A stretch of 64,000 nt of DNA, taken from contig JAVKHO010000001.1 in assembly GCA_031459915.1 (NCBI GenBank), positions 25,492-89,491 of the forward strand, read 5' to 3'. A program made the translations under genes and the position numbers. The notes beneath the pieces are model-generated. The model was not told the origin of the DNA and searched no databases. It was given only the letters and a program-made list of their open reading frames with translations. Origin of the DNA: Candidatus Tepidifontimicrobium thermophilum (lineage in GTDB: Bacteria; Sysuimicrobiota; Sysuimicrobiia; Sysuimicrobiales; Sysuimicrobiaceae). Positions 12,899 to 20,899 of the stretch are shown here, piece after piece (positions within the stretch are counted from its first letter, which is position 1; every line of letters starts with the position of its first letter).

Positions 12899-13278
12899 GA
12901 GACCTTCCCTCCCGCCCGGAGCTGCCGCTCCGCCTCCTGCCAGGCGTCCCGCAACTGCACCAGCCAGGCCCGCACTTGCTCCAGCTCCGCCGGGTCCTGG
13001 CGGCGCCGGGCGTCCGCCAGCCGCTCGAACATGAACCGGTAGAGGGCGAGGAGGCTGCGGGCCACGTCGTACCGCAGGTCCAGCGAACCCATGAGTTCCA
13101 GCAGTACCCGCTCGGCCCGGGTGACGCAGCGCCCCCCGGCTTGCGCGTCCCCCGACCGGTAGGCGCGGGCCGCCTCTTCCAGGAAGCGCACCGCACCGTC
13201 GTACAGCATCACCACCAGCTGGCCCGCGGAAGCGGTGGACGCGTGGAAGGACCGGTACGCGAGCGCGGCCTGGCTCAC
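12895..13278 (-). CDS. fliS: flagellin-specific chaperone FliS
   Basis: The ORF call is extended at the N-terminus. A GTG start at 13276-13278 in a GTGA overlap with the fliD stop gives a 127-aa protein with the FliS core motifs [18 protein letters not shown] and [10 protein letters not shown]. Confidence 0.85.
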   Translation of the reverse strand: MSQAALAYRSFHASTASAGQLVVMLYDGAVRFLEEAARAYRSGDAQAGGRCVTRAERVLLELMGSLDLRYDVARSLLALYRFMFERLADARRRQDPAELEQVRAWLVQLRDAWQEAERQLRAGGKVS

Positions 13279-14615
13279 GGATTGTTCCCCCCGAGCCTCC
13301 GGATCTGCATGGCGAGCCAGTCCCCCTGGCTCCGGAGCTGCCCGAGGCTCTTCTCCAGCTCCGTGAACATCCGCACGAGCTGGTCCCGCTTGCGCTCCAC
13401 CCGGTCCTCCCATCGACCGATCTGCTGGTCGTAGGTACGGATGCGGTTGTTGAGGGCGTCCACCGCGAGCCAGACCGGCCCGCCGGTCTTCACAAGTCCG
13501 TCCGCCATGTCCCGCACCTTCGCGCCGGAGGCCTCCAGCACCCGCCGCGCCTCGTCGAAGCGGCCCTGCAGGGCGTCGGCGAGCTTCGACTCGTCCAGGG
13601 TCAGCCTGCCGTCCCGGCCCACGCGCACCCCCAGGTCGCTCAGGCGCTTGAGGGTCTGACCTGCGACCTCGGTGCGCAGGACCGCGTCGGGAAGCTGTGC
13701 TTGGATCCGCTGGAGGGTCCCGTCGCCCTGCAGGGCCCCGCGCTGCCGGCTTTCCGGGTCGTACCGCCCGTACTGGCTGAGGCTGTCTACCACGTCGTTG
13801 TAGGCGGCCACGAAGTCCCGCACCGCCTTTTTGACGGCCTCCACGTCCTGTTCCACGGCGACCGTCACGGTCCCCGTGCCGGCCAGGGCCAGGGTGACCC
13901 CGGGCAGCAGGTCGGTGACCACGTTGGACGGCCGGCGCACGGTCACCGCGCCCGCCCCGGTCCCGAGCACTACCTCCGCGTCCTGCGCGGGGCTGACCTC
14001 GTTCGGAAAACTGAGGATCTCGGTGCCGCCCGCAAGCCCGCCCGTGTCCACCGCGATGGCGCCCGCAGCCCCGGAGGTCCGGGAGGTCAGCAGGAGCCGC
14101 CAGCCCCCGTCCACCTGCACGACCGCCGCGTACACCCCTGCACCGGCGGCGTTGACGGCTGCGGCGATCCCTGCCAGGGAGTTCTGGCCGCTTGTGATGG
14201 TGACGTCCGTAGCCTGCCCGTTCACGGTGACGGTGACCGTCCCGGTGCCGAACACCTGGGCGTCCTTGTCCGCATAGGTGTCGGTGCTGATCTGGTGGGC
14301 AGCCGCCAGGCGGTTCAGGGTGAGCGTGTAGGTCCCCGAGGGGGCGCCCGGGGAAGCCGAGGCCACCAGGACCCGGGTGTCGCTGCTGCTGGCCTTCGCA
14401 GCCTGGTAGGTGAGGGAGCGGGCCAGGGCGGCAGCCCGGTCCTCCAGGTTGCTCAACTTGGTGTTGAGGGTCCGCCAGGCCGCAAGACGTAAATTGGCTT
14501 CACTCTTGCGGGCTTCGAGCTTGCGGACCGGTGCCCGCTCGACCTCCAGGAGCTTGTTGATGACGTCCGTGGTGTTGAGCCCCGAGATCAGTCCGTCGAC
14601 GCTGAAGGTGGACAC
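13275..14615 (-). CDS. fliD: flagellar filament cap protein FliD
   Basis: 446 aa from a GTG preceded by GAGGAGGGG. The N-terminus (SVDGLISGLNT) and the C-terminal coiled region are typical of FliD. Confidence 0.85.
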   Translation of the reverse strand: MSTFSVDGLISGLNTTDVINKLLEVERAPVRKLEARKSEANLRLAAWRTLNTKLSNLEDRAAALARSLTYQAAKASSSDTRVLVASASPGAPSGTYTLTLNRLAAAHQISTDTYADKDAQVFGTGTVTVTVNGQATDVTITSGQNSLAGIAAAVNAAGAGVYAAVVQVDGGWRLLLTSRTSGAAGAIAVDTGGLAGGTEILSFPNEVSPAQDAEVVLGTGAGAVTVRRPSNVVTDLLPGVTLALAGTGTVTVAVEQDVEAVKKAVRDFVAAYNDVVDSLSQYGRYDPESRQRGALQGDGTLQRIQAQLPDAVLRTEVAGQTLKRLSDLGVRVGRDGRLTLDESKLADALQGRFDEARRVLEASGAKVRDMADGLVKTGGPVWLAVDALNNRIRTYDQQIGRWEDRVERKRDQLVRMFTELEKSLGQLRSQGDWLAMQIRRLGGNNP

Positions 14616-14684
14616 CTTCCCCTCCTCTGGCCCCTCCCTCGTGGGGTCCGGGCCTTCCACGAAGGACACGCAAACTCTGTGCCG

Positions 14685-14975
14685 CTACACCCGCACGTCC
14701 ACCCCGCCGGCTCCCAGCAGGAACTCCACCACCTGGTTGGGCGGGATGGTCCGGATGGTCTCGCCCGTGCGGGTGTCGTAGATCCGCACGAGAACCCGGC
14801 CTGTCCGCTCGTCCACGATGAACTGAGCCGCCACGTCCAGGGCCGAAGGAGCGGGCTGAGGCCGGTCCACCCTCGGACCCTGGCCGTTCCCGCGCACCCC
14901 CTTTTCCCGTGCGGGCTGCGGCTCGGCTGCCTCGGGCTTCTTCGGACTGATCGACCCGGGCGGAGGCACCTGCAT
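14685..14975 (-). CDS. flaG: flagellar protein FlaG
   Basis: 96 aa from an ATG at 14973-14975 (RBS GGGGAGGTGGTGA). The C-terminal motif DERTGRVLVRIYDTRTGETIRTIPP is the FlaG family signature. Confidence 0.75.
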   Translation of the reverse strand: MQVPPPGSISPKKPEAAEPQPAREKGVRGNGQGPRVDRPQPAPSALDVAAQFIVDERTGRVLVRIYDTRTGETIRTIPPNQVVEFLLGAGGVDVRV

Positions 14976-14994
14976 CGTCACCACCTCCCCGCCT

Positions 14995-15024
14995 GGGGGC
15001 GGGGCCCGCACCGGCCCCGCCCCC
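14995..15024 (-). terminator. perfect 12-bp GC inverted repeat (GGGGGCGGGGCC / GGCCCCGCCCCC, 6-nt loop) between the hag stop and the flaG RBS. Probably a partial terminator or attenuator.
   Basis: Seen directly in the sequence. No U-tract follows on the coding (minus) strand, which is common in high-GC genomes. Confidence 0.45.
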
Positions 15025-15035
15025 ACGCCTCCGCC

Positions 15036-16208
15036 TTACCGCAGCAGCTGCAGGACCACCTGCGGCGCGGCGTTGGCCTGCGCCAGCATGGCAGTCCCGG
15101 CCTGCAGGAGGATCTGGTTGCGGGTGAACACCACCATCTCCTGGGCCATGTCCGCGTCCCGGATCCGGGACTCCGCGGCCGTCATGTTCTCCTGGGCCAC
15201 GCCCAGGCTCGCCACGGTGTGCTCGAGCCGGTTCTGGGCCGCTCCGTACTTCCCCCGCTGCGTGGAGACCGTGTTCACCGCCGAATCCACCGCCGTCACC
15301 AGGGCCTGGGCGTTCGTCACAGTCTGGCTGCTGTTGAAGTTGTCCAGAGCCGCCGTGAGGCCGAGCGCGGCCACGTCGACCTTCGCGAAGGACACGCTGA
15401 TGGAATCTCCGGCCGCAGGGCCCACCTGGAAGTTCGCGCTGCCCGAGCCCGTGGCCGTAGTGATAGTGTCGTTCGCCGTCGCGGTCAGGGCTGTCACCAG
15501 GTTCGCACCCGTGATTCCGCCGCTGCTCGCCACGGTAATCTTCACGCCCAGCTGGCTGAAGTCCAGCACCTGGCTTCCGCCCGCCGAAATCGGGCCCACT
15601 GTGATCGTCTGGGCGGCCCCATCGGCCCGCGTCAGGGTGAGCGAGGTGCCACTGCCCGTCAGCGTGTAGGTGGTCCCCGGCCTCGCTGCGCTCACGTCCA
15701 CTTTGGTCACAAACGCGGACTCCCCGCCACCCGTGACGGCCAGGTTGTCCCGAAGCTCACTGGAGGTGTCCAGGGACGTGACCAGAGAGCCGTCCAGCAG
15801 CTTCTTGCCGTTGAAGGTGGTGCGACCGCTCACGTTGTCGATCTCCGCGCGCAGCTGCTGGATCTCCTGGTTGATGGCCTGCCGGTCCTCCGCGGAAAGG
15901 GTGTCGTTGGCGGCCTGCAGGGCCAGCTCCCGCATCCGCTGCAGCATGGCGTGGACCTCGTTGAGGGCGCCCTCTGCGGTCTGGATCATGGAGATGCCGT
16001 CCTGGGCGTTGCGGATGGCCTGTGCGAGCCCCCGCACCTGCGCCCGCAGCTTCTCGCTGATGGCGAGCCCCGCCGCGTCGTCCGCGGCGCGGTTGATGCG
16101 GAAGCCGCTCGAAAGGCGCTCCAGCGACTTGCTCAGGGCGTTGTCGGTGGCCACCAGGTTGCGGTGGGCGTTCAGGGCCGCGATGTTCTGGTTGATCCTC
16201 AGTCCCAT
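15036..16208 (-). CDS. hag: flagellin
   Basis: 390 aa. The N-terminus is MGLRINQNIAALNAHRNL and the C-terminus is ...QVVLQLLR, both flagellin termini. ATG start with a perfect AAGGAGG RBS. Confidence 0.95.
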   Translation of the reverse strand: MGLRINQNIAALNAHRNLVATDNALSKSLERLSSGFRINRAADDAAGLAISEKLRAQVRGLAQAIRNAQDGISMIQTAEGALNEVHAMLQRMRELALQAANDTLSAEDRQAINQEIQQLRAEIDNVSGRTTFNGKKLLDGSLVTSLDTSSELRDNLAVTGGGESAFVTKVDVSAARPGTTYTLTGSGTSLTLTRADGAAQTITVGPISAGGSQVLDFSQLGVKITVASSGGITGANLVTALTATANDTITTATGSGSANFQVGPAAGDSISVSFAKVDVAALGLTAALDNFNSSQTVTNAQALVTAVDSAVNTVSTQRGKYGAAQNRLEHTVASLGVAQENMTAAESRIRDADMAQEMVVFTRNQILLQAGTAMLAQANAAPQVVLQLLR

Positions 16209-16216
16209 GGCTTCGT

Positions 16217-16249
16217 TCCTCCTTGAACTGTGTTTTCCGGGCCTCCTTG
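16217..16249 (-). promoter_or_regulatory. hag 5' leader with two CAAGGAGG motifs (one is the Shine-Dalgarno). These are putative CsrA binding sites.
   Basis: The minus-strand leader contains gCAAGGAGGccc at 16242-16249 and tCAAGGAGGaac at 16217-16226. A GGA-loop hairpin (GGAGTCggaacaGACTCC) sits near the predicted 5' end. Confidence 0.4.
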
Positions 16250-16362
16250 CCCGTGTGGATTCGCCGGCTTTCTGCAGGCGGGCCGGCGCCGCCTTGAGGG
16301 TTTCCGTCGCAGCGTTCCGCTACGCCCCACCTGCCTTTCCTCGGAGTCTGTTCCGACTCCGG

Positions 16363-16390
16363 GTATCGGCAGGCAGGCGGCTACCCTTGA
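16363..16390 (-). promoter_or_regulatory. sigma28 (FliA/SigD-type) promoter for hag: TCAA-N16-GCCGATAC
   Basis: Minus strand: -35 TCAA at 16387-16390, -10 GCCGATAC at 16363-16370. It overlaps the 3' end of csrA. The leader is about 150 nt. Confidence 0.55.
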
Positions 16391-16659
16391 GGCTTTGTGT
16401 GGGGTTCTTCCTGGAGCACGCGGCCTGCGCCGTCTTTGGAGAGCGCGCGCCGGGCGGCCGCCACGTCGTCCGGGGCCGTGCAGGCCGCCTGGAGGTTCGC
16501 TTCCTGGATCTCCCGGTACACCTCGTCCCGGTGCACGGGGACCCAACGGGGCGCGGTGATGCCCAGCCGCACCTGCCCGTCGGAGATCTCCAGGACCCGG
16601 ACCTCCACGTCCGGCCCGATGCGGACCGCCTGGTTGGGCTTGCGGGTCAGCACCAGCAC
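16381..16659 (-). CDS. csrA: carbon storage regulator CsrA with a ~25-aa C-terminal extension
   Basis: The ORF call has a spurious N-terminal extension. The real start is the GTG at 16657-16659 (MLVLTRKPNQAVRIGPDVEVRVLEI...), with a GGAGGG RBS 6 nt upstream. The CsrA core is conserved. The protein is 92 aa, against the usual ~60-75. Confidence 0.85.
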   Translation of the reverse strand: MLVLTRKPNQAVRIGPDVEVRVLEISDGQVRLGITAPRWVPVHRDEVYREIQEANLQAACTAPDDVAAARRALSKDGAGRVLQEEPHTKPQG

Positions 16660-16670
16660 CCCGCGCCCTC

Positions 16671-17096
16671 CTACGCCGTGGTGAACAGCGGGTGGCGGAC
16701 GGAGTAGGAGGCGTCCGCCAGCACCTTCTGTCGGCCCAGCCGGCGGTTGGTGTTCACCAGGATCGGCGCCGCCAGGTTCGCGGTAGCCTGCAGGGGGTCC
16801 GACCGGACCGTCACCACCACCAGGACCGCCACCTCCTGAGGGCTTGTCACCGACAGCAGCTCCACGTCCTCGGGGTCGAGGGGCACCTCGTAGTTCTCGA
16901 ACAGGGTGAAGGGGTCGGCCACGGGCAGCGCCACCTCCGGGCAGTCCACCGACTGCAGCCACAGGAACACCCCTCCCGGCTCTCCCAGGAGCGCGAACCG
17001 CCGGGCCTCCGGGAAGCCCGGGATCCCCTCGGGGAAGTGGACCACCCGGTCCTCCTCCACCTCCACCACGCCCCAGTACCGGGTCCGGACCTCCAT
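16671..17096 (-). CDS. fliW: flagellar assembly factor FliW
   Basis: 141 aa from an ATG at 17094-17096 (RBS GAGGTGAG). The family pattern is FPEGIPGF ... FLWLQS. Confidence 0.9.
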   Translation of the reverse strand: MEVRTRYWGVVEVEEDRVVHFPEGIPGFPEARRFALLGEPGGVFLWLQSVDCPEVALPVADPFTLFENYEVPLDPEDVELLSVTSPQEVAVLVVVTVRSDPLQATANLAAPILVNTNRRLGRQKVLADASYSVRHPLFTTA

Positions 17097-17098
17097 GC

Positions 17099-17965
17099 TC
17101 ACCTCAAAAAGTCCACCAGCGACGGCTGGATGAGGCGCGCGCCTGCGGCCAGAGCCGCCTGGTAGACGTTCTCCTGCACCCGCAGGTTCATCACCACCTC
17201 CGCGATGTCCACGTCCTCGCGCACGCTCACGAGCTCGCGCAGCTGCACCTCGAACTCGCCCAGCCGCGCTTGCACCGTCTCCGCCCGGCTGGCGCGCGCC
17301 CCGAGCTCCGCCTGGGCCGTCAGCAGGTCTTCCAGAGCAGCGTCCAGCTGCGGGAGGGTAGCCCGCACCCCGTCGTGGTCGGCCGACTCCAGAGCCGCCT
17401 CCAGCGTCTGCGCCGCGGAGATCGCCCCGGAGAACGCCGAGTCGCCGGGCACCGTGGCCTCCAGCACGATGCCCCGGTCCACCTCGCGGCTCACGCGGCC
17501 CGCGTTGCCCAGGTACGTCCCGTCCGCTGCGAACGGCTCCGCGGTGGTCCGGGTCCCTCCGAAGACGTACTTGCCCGCCACCTGGGTGTTGCCGAGGGCC
17601 ACCAGTTCCCCGCCCAGCGCTTCCACCTCCGTGGCCAGGGCCTGCATGTCGGAGGATGAAAGCGTCCCGTTGGCTCCCTGGACTGCCAGCTCCCGGAGCC
17701 GCTGCAGCACCTGCACCGCGTCCTGCAGGGCCCGTTGGCCCGCGTCCAGGAGGGTTCTGGTGTCCTGCAGGTTCCGGGCGTACTGCTGGACGGCGTTCAC
17801 CGCGTCCCGCATCACCAGCACGGGCGGGAGGTTCGGCGGGTCGTCGGACGGCCGGTGCATGCGCCTGCCCGTGGCCAGCTGCTCCTGCAGCCGACTCAGG
17901 CGCTCCAGCCCGGCGTTGAGGTTCCGGAGGAAGTTCAGCGTGAGGCTGCCCAGGGTGACCCGCAT
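17099..17965 (-). CDS. flgL: flagellar hook-associated protein FlgL (HAP3)
   Basis: 288 aa with flagellin-like N- and C-terminal helices. It follows flgK with a 1-nt overlap. Confidence 0.9.
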   Translation of the reverse strand: MRVTLGSLTLNFLRNLNAGLERLSRLQEQLATGRRMHRPSDDPPNLPPVLVMRDAVNAVQQYARNLQDTRTLLDAGQRALQDAVQVLQRLRELAVQGANGTLSSSDMQALATEVEALGGELVALGNTQVAGKYVFGGTRTTAEPFAADGTYLGNAGRVSREVDRGIVLEATVPGDSAFSGAISAAQTLEAALESADHDGVRATLPQLDAALEDLLTAQAELGARASRAETVQARLGEFEVQLRELVSVREDVDIAEVVMNLRVQENVYQAALAAGARLIQPSLVDFLR

Positions 17966-19341
17966 CAGCGTCCCACCATGTCCAGAAGGGTTCGGAGCAT
18001 GTCGTCCACCGTCCGGACCGTCCGGGCTGCGGCTTCGTAGGCGTGCTGGAACCGGATCATGTCGGTCATCTCCTCGTCCAGGGAGACGCCGCTGGTGGCC
18101 TCCCGCCGCAGGCGGACCTGGTCCCGCAGCAAGTCCTGGTAAGCCACCTGCCGGCTGGCCTCCTGGGCCCGGACGCCCAGCTCCGCCACCAGGGACCGGT
18201 ACGCACCGTCCACCTGCTCAGCGCCCCTCAGCTGCGCGATCCGCAGCGCCACTTCTCCGTTTCCGGGTTCCCCGTCTCCGGTCCAGCTGCCGGCCGCCGC
18301 GATCCTCCGGGGGTCGCCGAGGATCGCGCCCGCCACGCGGACGGTGCGCGCGTCGGTCCCCTCGAAGAACGGCCCTCCCGGGTTTCCGTCGAGGTCGTAG
18401 CCGTCGTCGTGCAGGTCGTTCACGAGCTGCACGAGGTTGCGGGCCAGCGTGTCCAGGCGTTCCTGAAGGGCCTGCACATCCGCATCCCTGGCCCGCAGCA
18501 CCGCGGCCAGGGCCCCGCGCCGGACCGCCAGAGCCTTCCCGTCCGGCCACTTGAACTCGTGTACCCCACCGGGCGTGGGAGTCTCGATCTGGACGGCCGT
18601 GGTCCGGCCTCCGGGCCCCACCAGCTCCCGGCCCTGCAGGTACACCAGCAGCTCCCCGGAATCCGTCTGCGTGTACGTGACGTCCGCCAGCTCCTCCAGC
18701 TCGGCCAGGAGCTGCTCCCGGTGGTCCCGCAGGTCCAGGGCCCGCTGGCCGGAAACCTCCAGGCGGGCGATCTGGGTGTTCACGTTGGCGAGCTCGTGGG
18801 CGATCTGGTTGACGCGGTGGACGTGGCCCGTGGCCACCGCGTCCAGGTGCTGCCGCACCTGGTCGAGCCGGCCGGCGGCCTGGCGGAGGGCGTCCGTGAG
18901 CACCTGCGCCTGCTGGACCAGGGAGGCGCGGGCGGCCAGGGACTCCGGGTTCAGACTGACCTCCTGCCAGGCGTTCCAGAACCGTGCCAAAAGCTCCCCG
19001 AGCCCCACGTCGGAGGGCTCGGGGAACACCGCCTCCACCTGCGACCAGAAGTCCGCGCGGGCCCTCCACTCCGCGGAGCTCTGGCGGGCCTGGCGGAGCT
19101 GGCGGTCCAGAAACTCGTCGCGGGCCTGACGGAGTGAGGCCACCCGAACTCCCCCGCCCACCAGCAGCGGGGCTCCGAACCGCGACAGGCTGCCGGGAGG
19201 GGGAAGGGAGGAGAGCACCGCCTCCTGGCGTGTGTAGCCGGGGGTGTTCACGTTGGCGATGTTGTGACCGACGACGTCCATGGACCTCTGGTGGGAGGCC
19301 AGGGCCCGGCGCAGCAGCTCGATGGCGGAGAAGGTGGACAC
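17965..19341 (-). CDS. flgK: flagellar hook-associated protein FlgK (HAP1)
   Basis: 458 aa. The N-terminus has the rod/hook motif (NIANVNTPGYTRQ). GTG start with a GAGGAGGGAG RBS. Confidence 0.9.
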   Translation of the reverse strand: MSTFSAIELLRRALASHQRSMDVVGHNIANVNTPGYTRQEAVLSSLPPPGSLSRFGAPLLVGGGVRVASLRQARDEFLDRQLRQARQSSAEWRARADFWSQVEAVFPEPSDVGLGELLARFWNAWQEVSLNPESLAARASLVQQAQVLTDALRQAAGRLDQVRQHLDAVATGHVHRVNQIAHELANVNTQIARLEVSGQRALDLRDHREQLLAELEELADVTYTQTDSGELLVYLQGRELVGPGGRTTAVQIETPTPGGVHEFKWPDGKALAVRRGALAAVLRARDADVQALQERLDTLARNLVQLVNDLHDDGYDLDGNPGGPFFEGTDARTVRVAGAILGDPRRIAAAGSWTGDGEPGNGEVALRIAQLRGAEQVDGAYRSLVAELGVRAQEASRQVAYQDLLRDQVRLRREATSGVSLDEEMTDMIRFQHAYEAAARTVRTVDDMLRTLLDMVGR

Positions 19342-19350
19342 GCTCCCTCC

Positions 19351-19809
19351 TCACGTCCACCGGTCCACTACGAGGCTCGCGGGGCCGTCCGCACTCCGGG
19401 TCAAGATCCCCACGAGGTGGCGGACGTACTCCATGTGTGCCCGGACCAGCAGGGCGTTGGCCTTGTTGACGTCGGCCAGCTCCCGGAGGACTCCGGTCAG
19501 CTCGTGCCTCTGCGCCTCCAGGCGGCGGCCCACGTCCGGCGGGCTGGCGGCCACCAGCTCCCGCAGGCTCAGCTCCTGCACGGACCTCCCCAGGCGCTCG
19601 GCCACCAGCTCCAGCAGCTGCAGCCGTGCCCGTTCCAGGCCGCGGACCTGGCCGACGACCTGTTCCTGCTCGGCCACCAGGCGCTGCAGGCTCTGCACGT
19701 CGCCGCGCACCAGGGCCCGCTGCTCTTCCCGGGCCAGGTCCAGCAGCCGGCGGTGGGCCTCCGTCTCTTCCTGCAGCAGCCCCACCACGCTCTCAAACAC
19801 GTCGGTCAT
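19351..19809 (-). CDS. flgN: flagellar chaperone FlgN (YvyG-like)
   Basis: 152 aa helical protein between flgM and flgK, in the Bacillus order. Confidence 0.7.
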   Translation of the reverse strand: MTDVFESVVGLLQEETEAHRRLLDLAREEQRALVRGDVQSLQRLVAEQEQVVGQVRGLERARLQLLELVAERLGRSVQELSLRELVAASPPDVGRRLEAQRHELTGVLRELADVNKANALLVRAHMEYVRHLVGILTRSADGPASLVVDRWT

Positions 19810-20056
19810 GGCGTGCCCCCGCCGCCCGCAGGATGGCCCGTGCCAGGGCCTCTTCCGTCACGTGGTACCGGCCCTGCAGGATGGCCTCCCGCAGGGCCTC
19901 CAGCCGCAGCTGGCGCTCGTCCACATTCCGGTGCGGGTCGGAGCTGGAAAGTTCGACACGGTCCTCCGCGGGCGGCGCGGGCGCACCGCGCGGCGCGGAG
20001 GCACCGGAGGGGCGGTCCGGCGGTACGCCCGGAGGCCCCAGGGGGTCGATCCTCAC
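19793..20056 (-). CDS. flgM: anti-sigma-28 factor FlgM
   Basis: 87 aa with a proline-rich, disordered N-terminus and a C-terminal helix (RLEALREAILQGRYHVTEEALARAIL). GTG start with a GGAGGGTG RBS. The gene order matches Bacillus yvyF-flgM-flgN-flgK-flgL. Confidence 0.7.
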   Translation of the reverse strand: MRIDPLGPPGVPPDRPSGASAPRGAPAPPAEDRVELSSSDPHRNVDERQLRLEALREAILQGRYHVTEEALARAILRAAGARHDRRV

Positions 20057-20089
20057 GGCACCCTCCTGCTGGGTCGATTCACGTCCCCG

Positions 20090-20116
20090 TTATCGGCTCC
20101 GGAAGTCCTCACTTGA
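20090..20116 (-). promoter_or_regulatory. sigma28-type promoter for the flgM operon: TCAA-N15-GCCGATAA
   Basis: Minus strand: -35 TCAA at 20113-20116, -10 GCCGATAA at 20090-20097. It lies in the 66-nt gap between the yvyF-like gene and flgM. Confidence 0.55.
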
Positions 20117-20122
20117 GTCCTC

Positions 20123-20593
20123 CTACCACAGGTCGAACCGGCCGGGCACCGGCTCCCTGCGGACCCGCCGCCGCTTCGGCTGAGGCACGGGCTGGGGCCC
20201 GGAGCGGAGCGCCTCCTGCAGCTGGCGGACGGCCACCGCCAGCTCCACCCGGCACACCGCGCACAGTACCCCGAGCCGCACCGGCCGTCCGCACCGCCGG
20301 CACCGGACGGCCTCTCCGGCCACCACCAGCCTTCCCTCCCGCAGCCACCGGAGCACCCGCTCCACAGGTACCCCCGTCTGCGACGCGACCTCCTCCGCGG
20401 TAGCGGACCCGTGCTCCCTGATGAACTCCTGCACCCGCCGCAGCTGGGCGTGCTCCTCGCGCAGGCACTGGGCGCACTGCCCACGGACCAGCACCGTGGC
20501 CAGCCGGCCACAGAGGGGGCAGTTGACCACCGCATCCCAGCCCCCGCCGGTGCGACCGGAAAGCCTGCCAGACGAGTCCCGTGCGGGCTGCAT
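20123..20593 (-). CDS. YvyF-like flagellar operon zinc-ribbon protein
   Basis: 156 aa with an N-terminal CPLCG...CAQC pair followed by EE..LRRVQEFIRE...EGRL. This pattern matches the Bacillus YvyF family protein encoded immediately upstream of flgM. Confidence 0.65.
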   Translation of the reverse strand: MQPARDSSGRLSGRTGGGWDAVVNCPLCGRLATVLVRGQCAQCLREEHAQLRRVQEFIREHGSATAEEVASQTGVPVERVLRWLREGRLVVAGEAVRCRRCGRPVRLGVLCAVCRVELAVAVRQLQEALRSGPQPVPQPKRRRVRREPVPGRFDLW

Positions 20594-20608
20594 GCGCGTC
20601 GTTCCCCT

Positions 20609-20899
20609 CTACCGTGCCCGGCGCTCCAACGCCTGTTCGAGGAACCGGGCGAGCCCCAGACCTCCAGCGTGCGCCACCGCCAGGGCCAGCTGTTCGTCCA
20701 GCAACTCCCGCCACACGCTCCGGCCGGCGAAGGACTGCCCGGTATCCCAGGCCTCCGTGGCCCGGCGCATGGACTTCAGCATCTGAGCCAGCAACAGCGC
20801 CTCGAACTCCTGACTGACCTTCCGCAGCCGAACGAGCTCCCGGGCATCCTCGGGACGCCCGACGGATTCCCGGAGCGGTACCCGCGGGACGCCCGTCAC
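20609..20899 (-). CDS. FlgJ-like rod-binding protein, N-terminal domain only with no muramidase domain
   Basis: 96 aa with the rod-binding domain pattern SQEFEALLLAQMLKSMR...GGLGLA. Confidence 0.7.
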   Translation of the reverse strand: MTGVPRVPLRESVGRPEDARELVRLRKVSQEFEALLLAQMLKSMRRATEAWDTGQSFAGRSVWRELLDEQLALAVAHAGGLGLARFLEQALERRAR

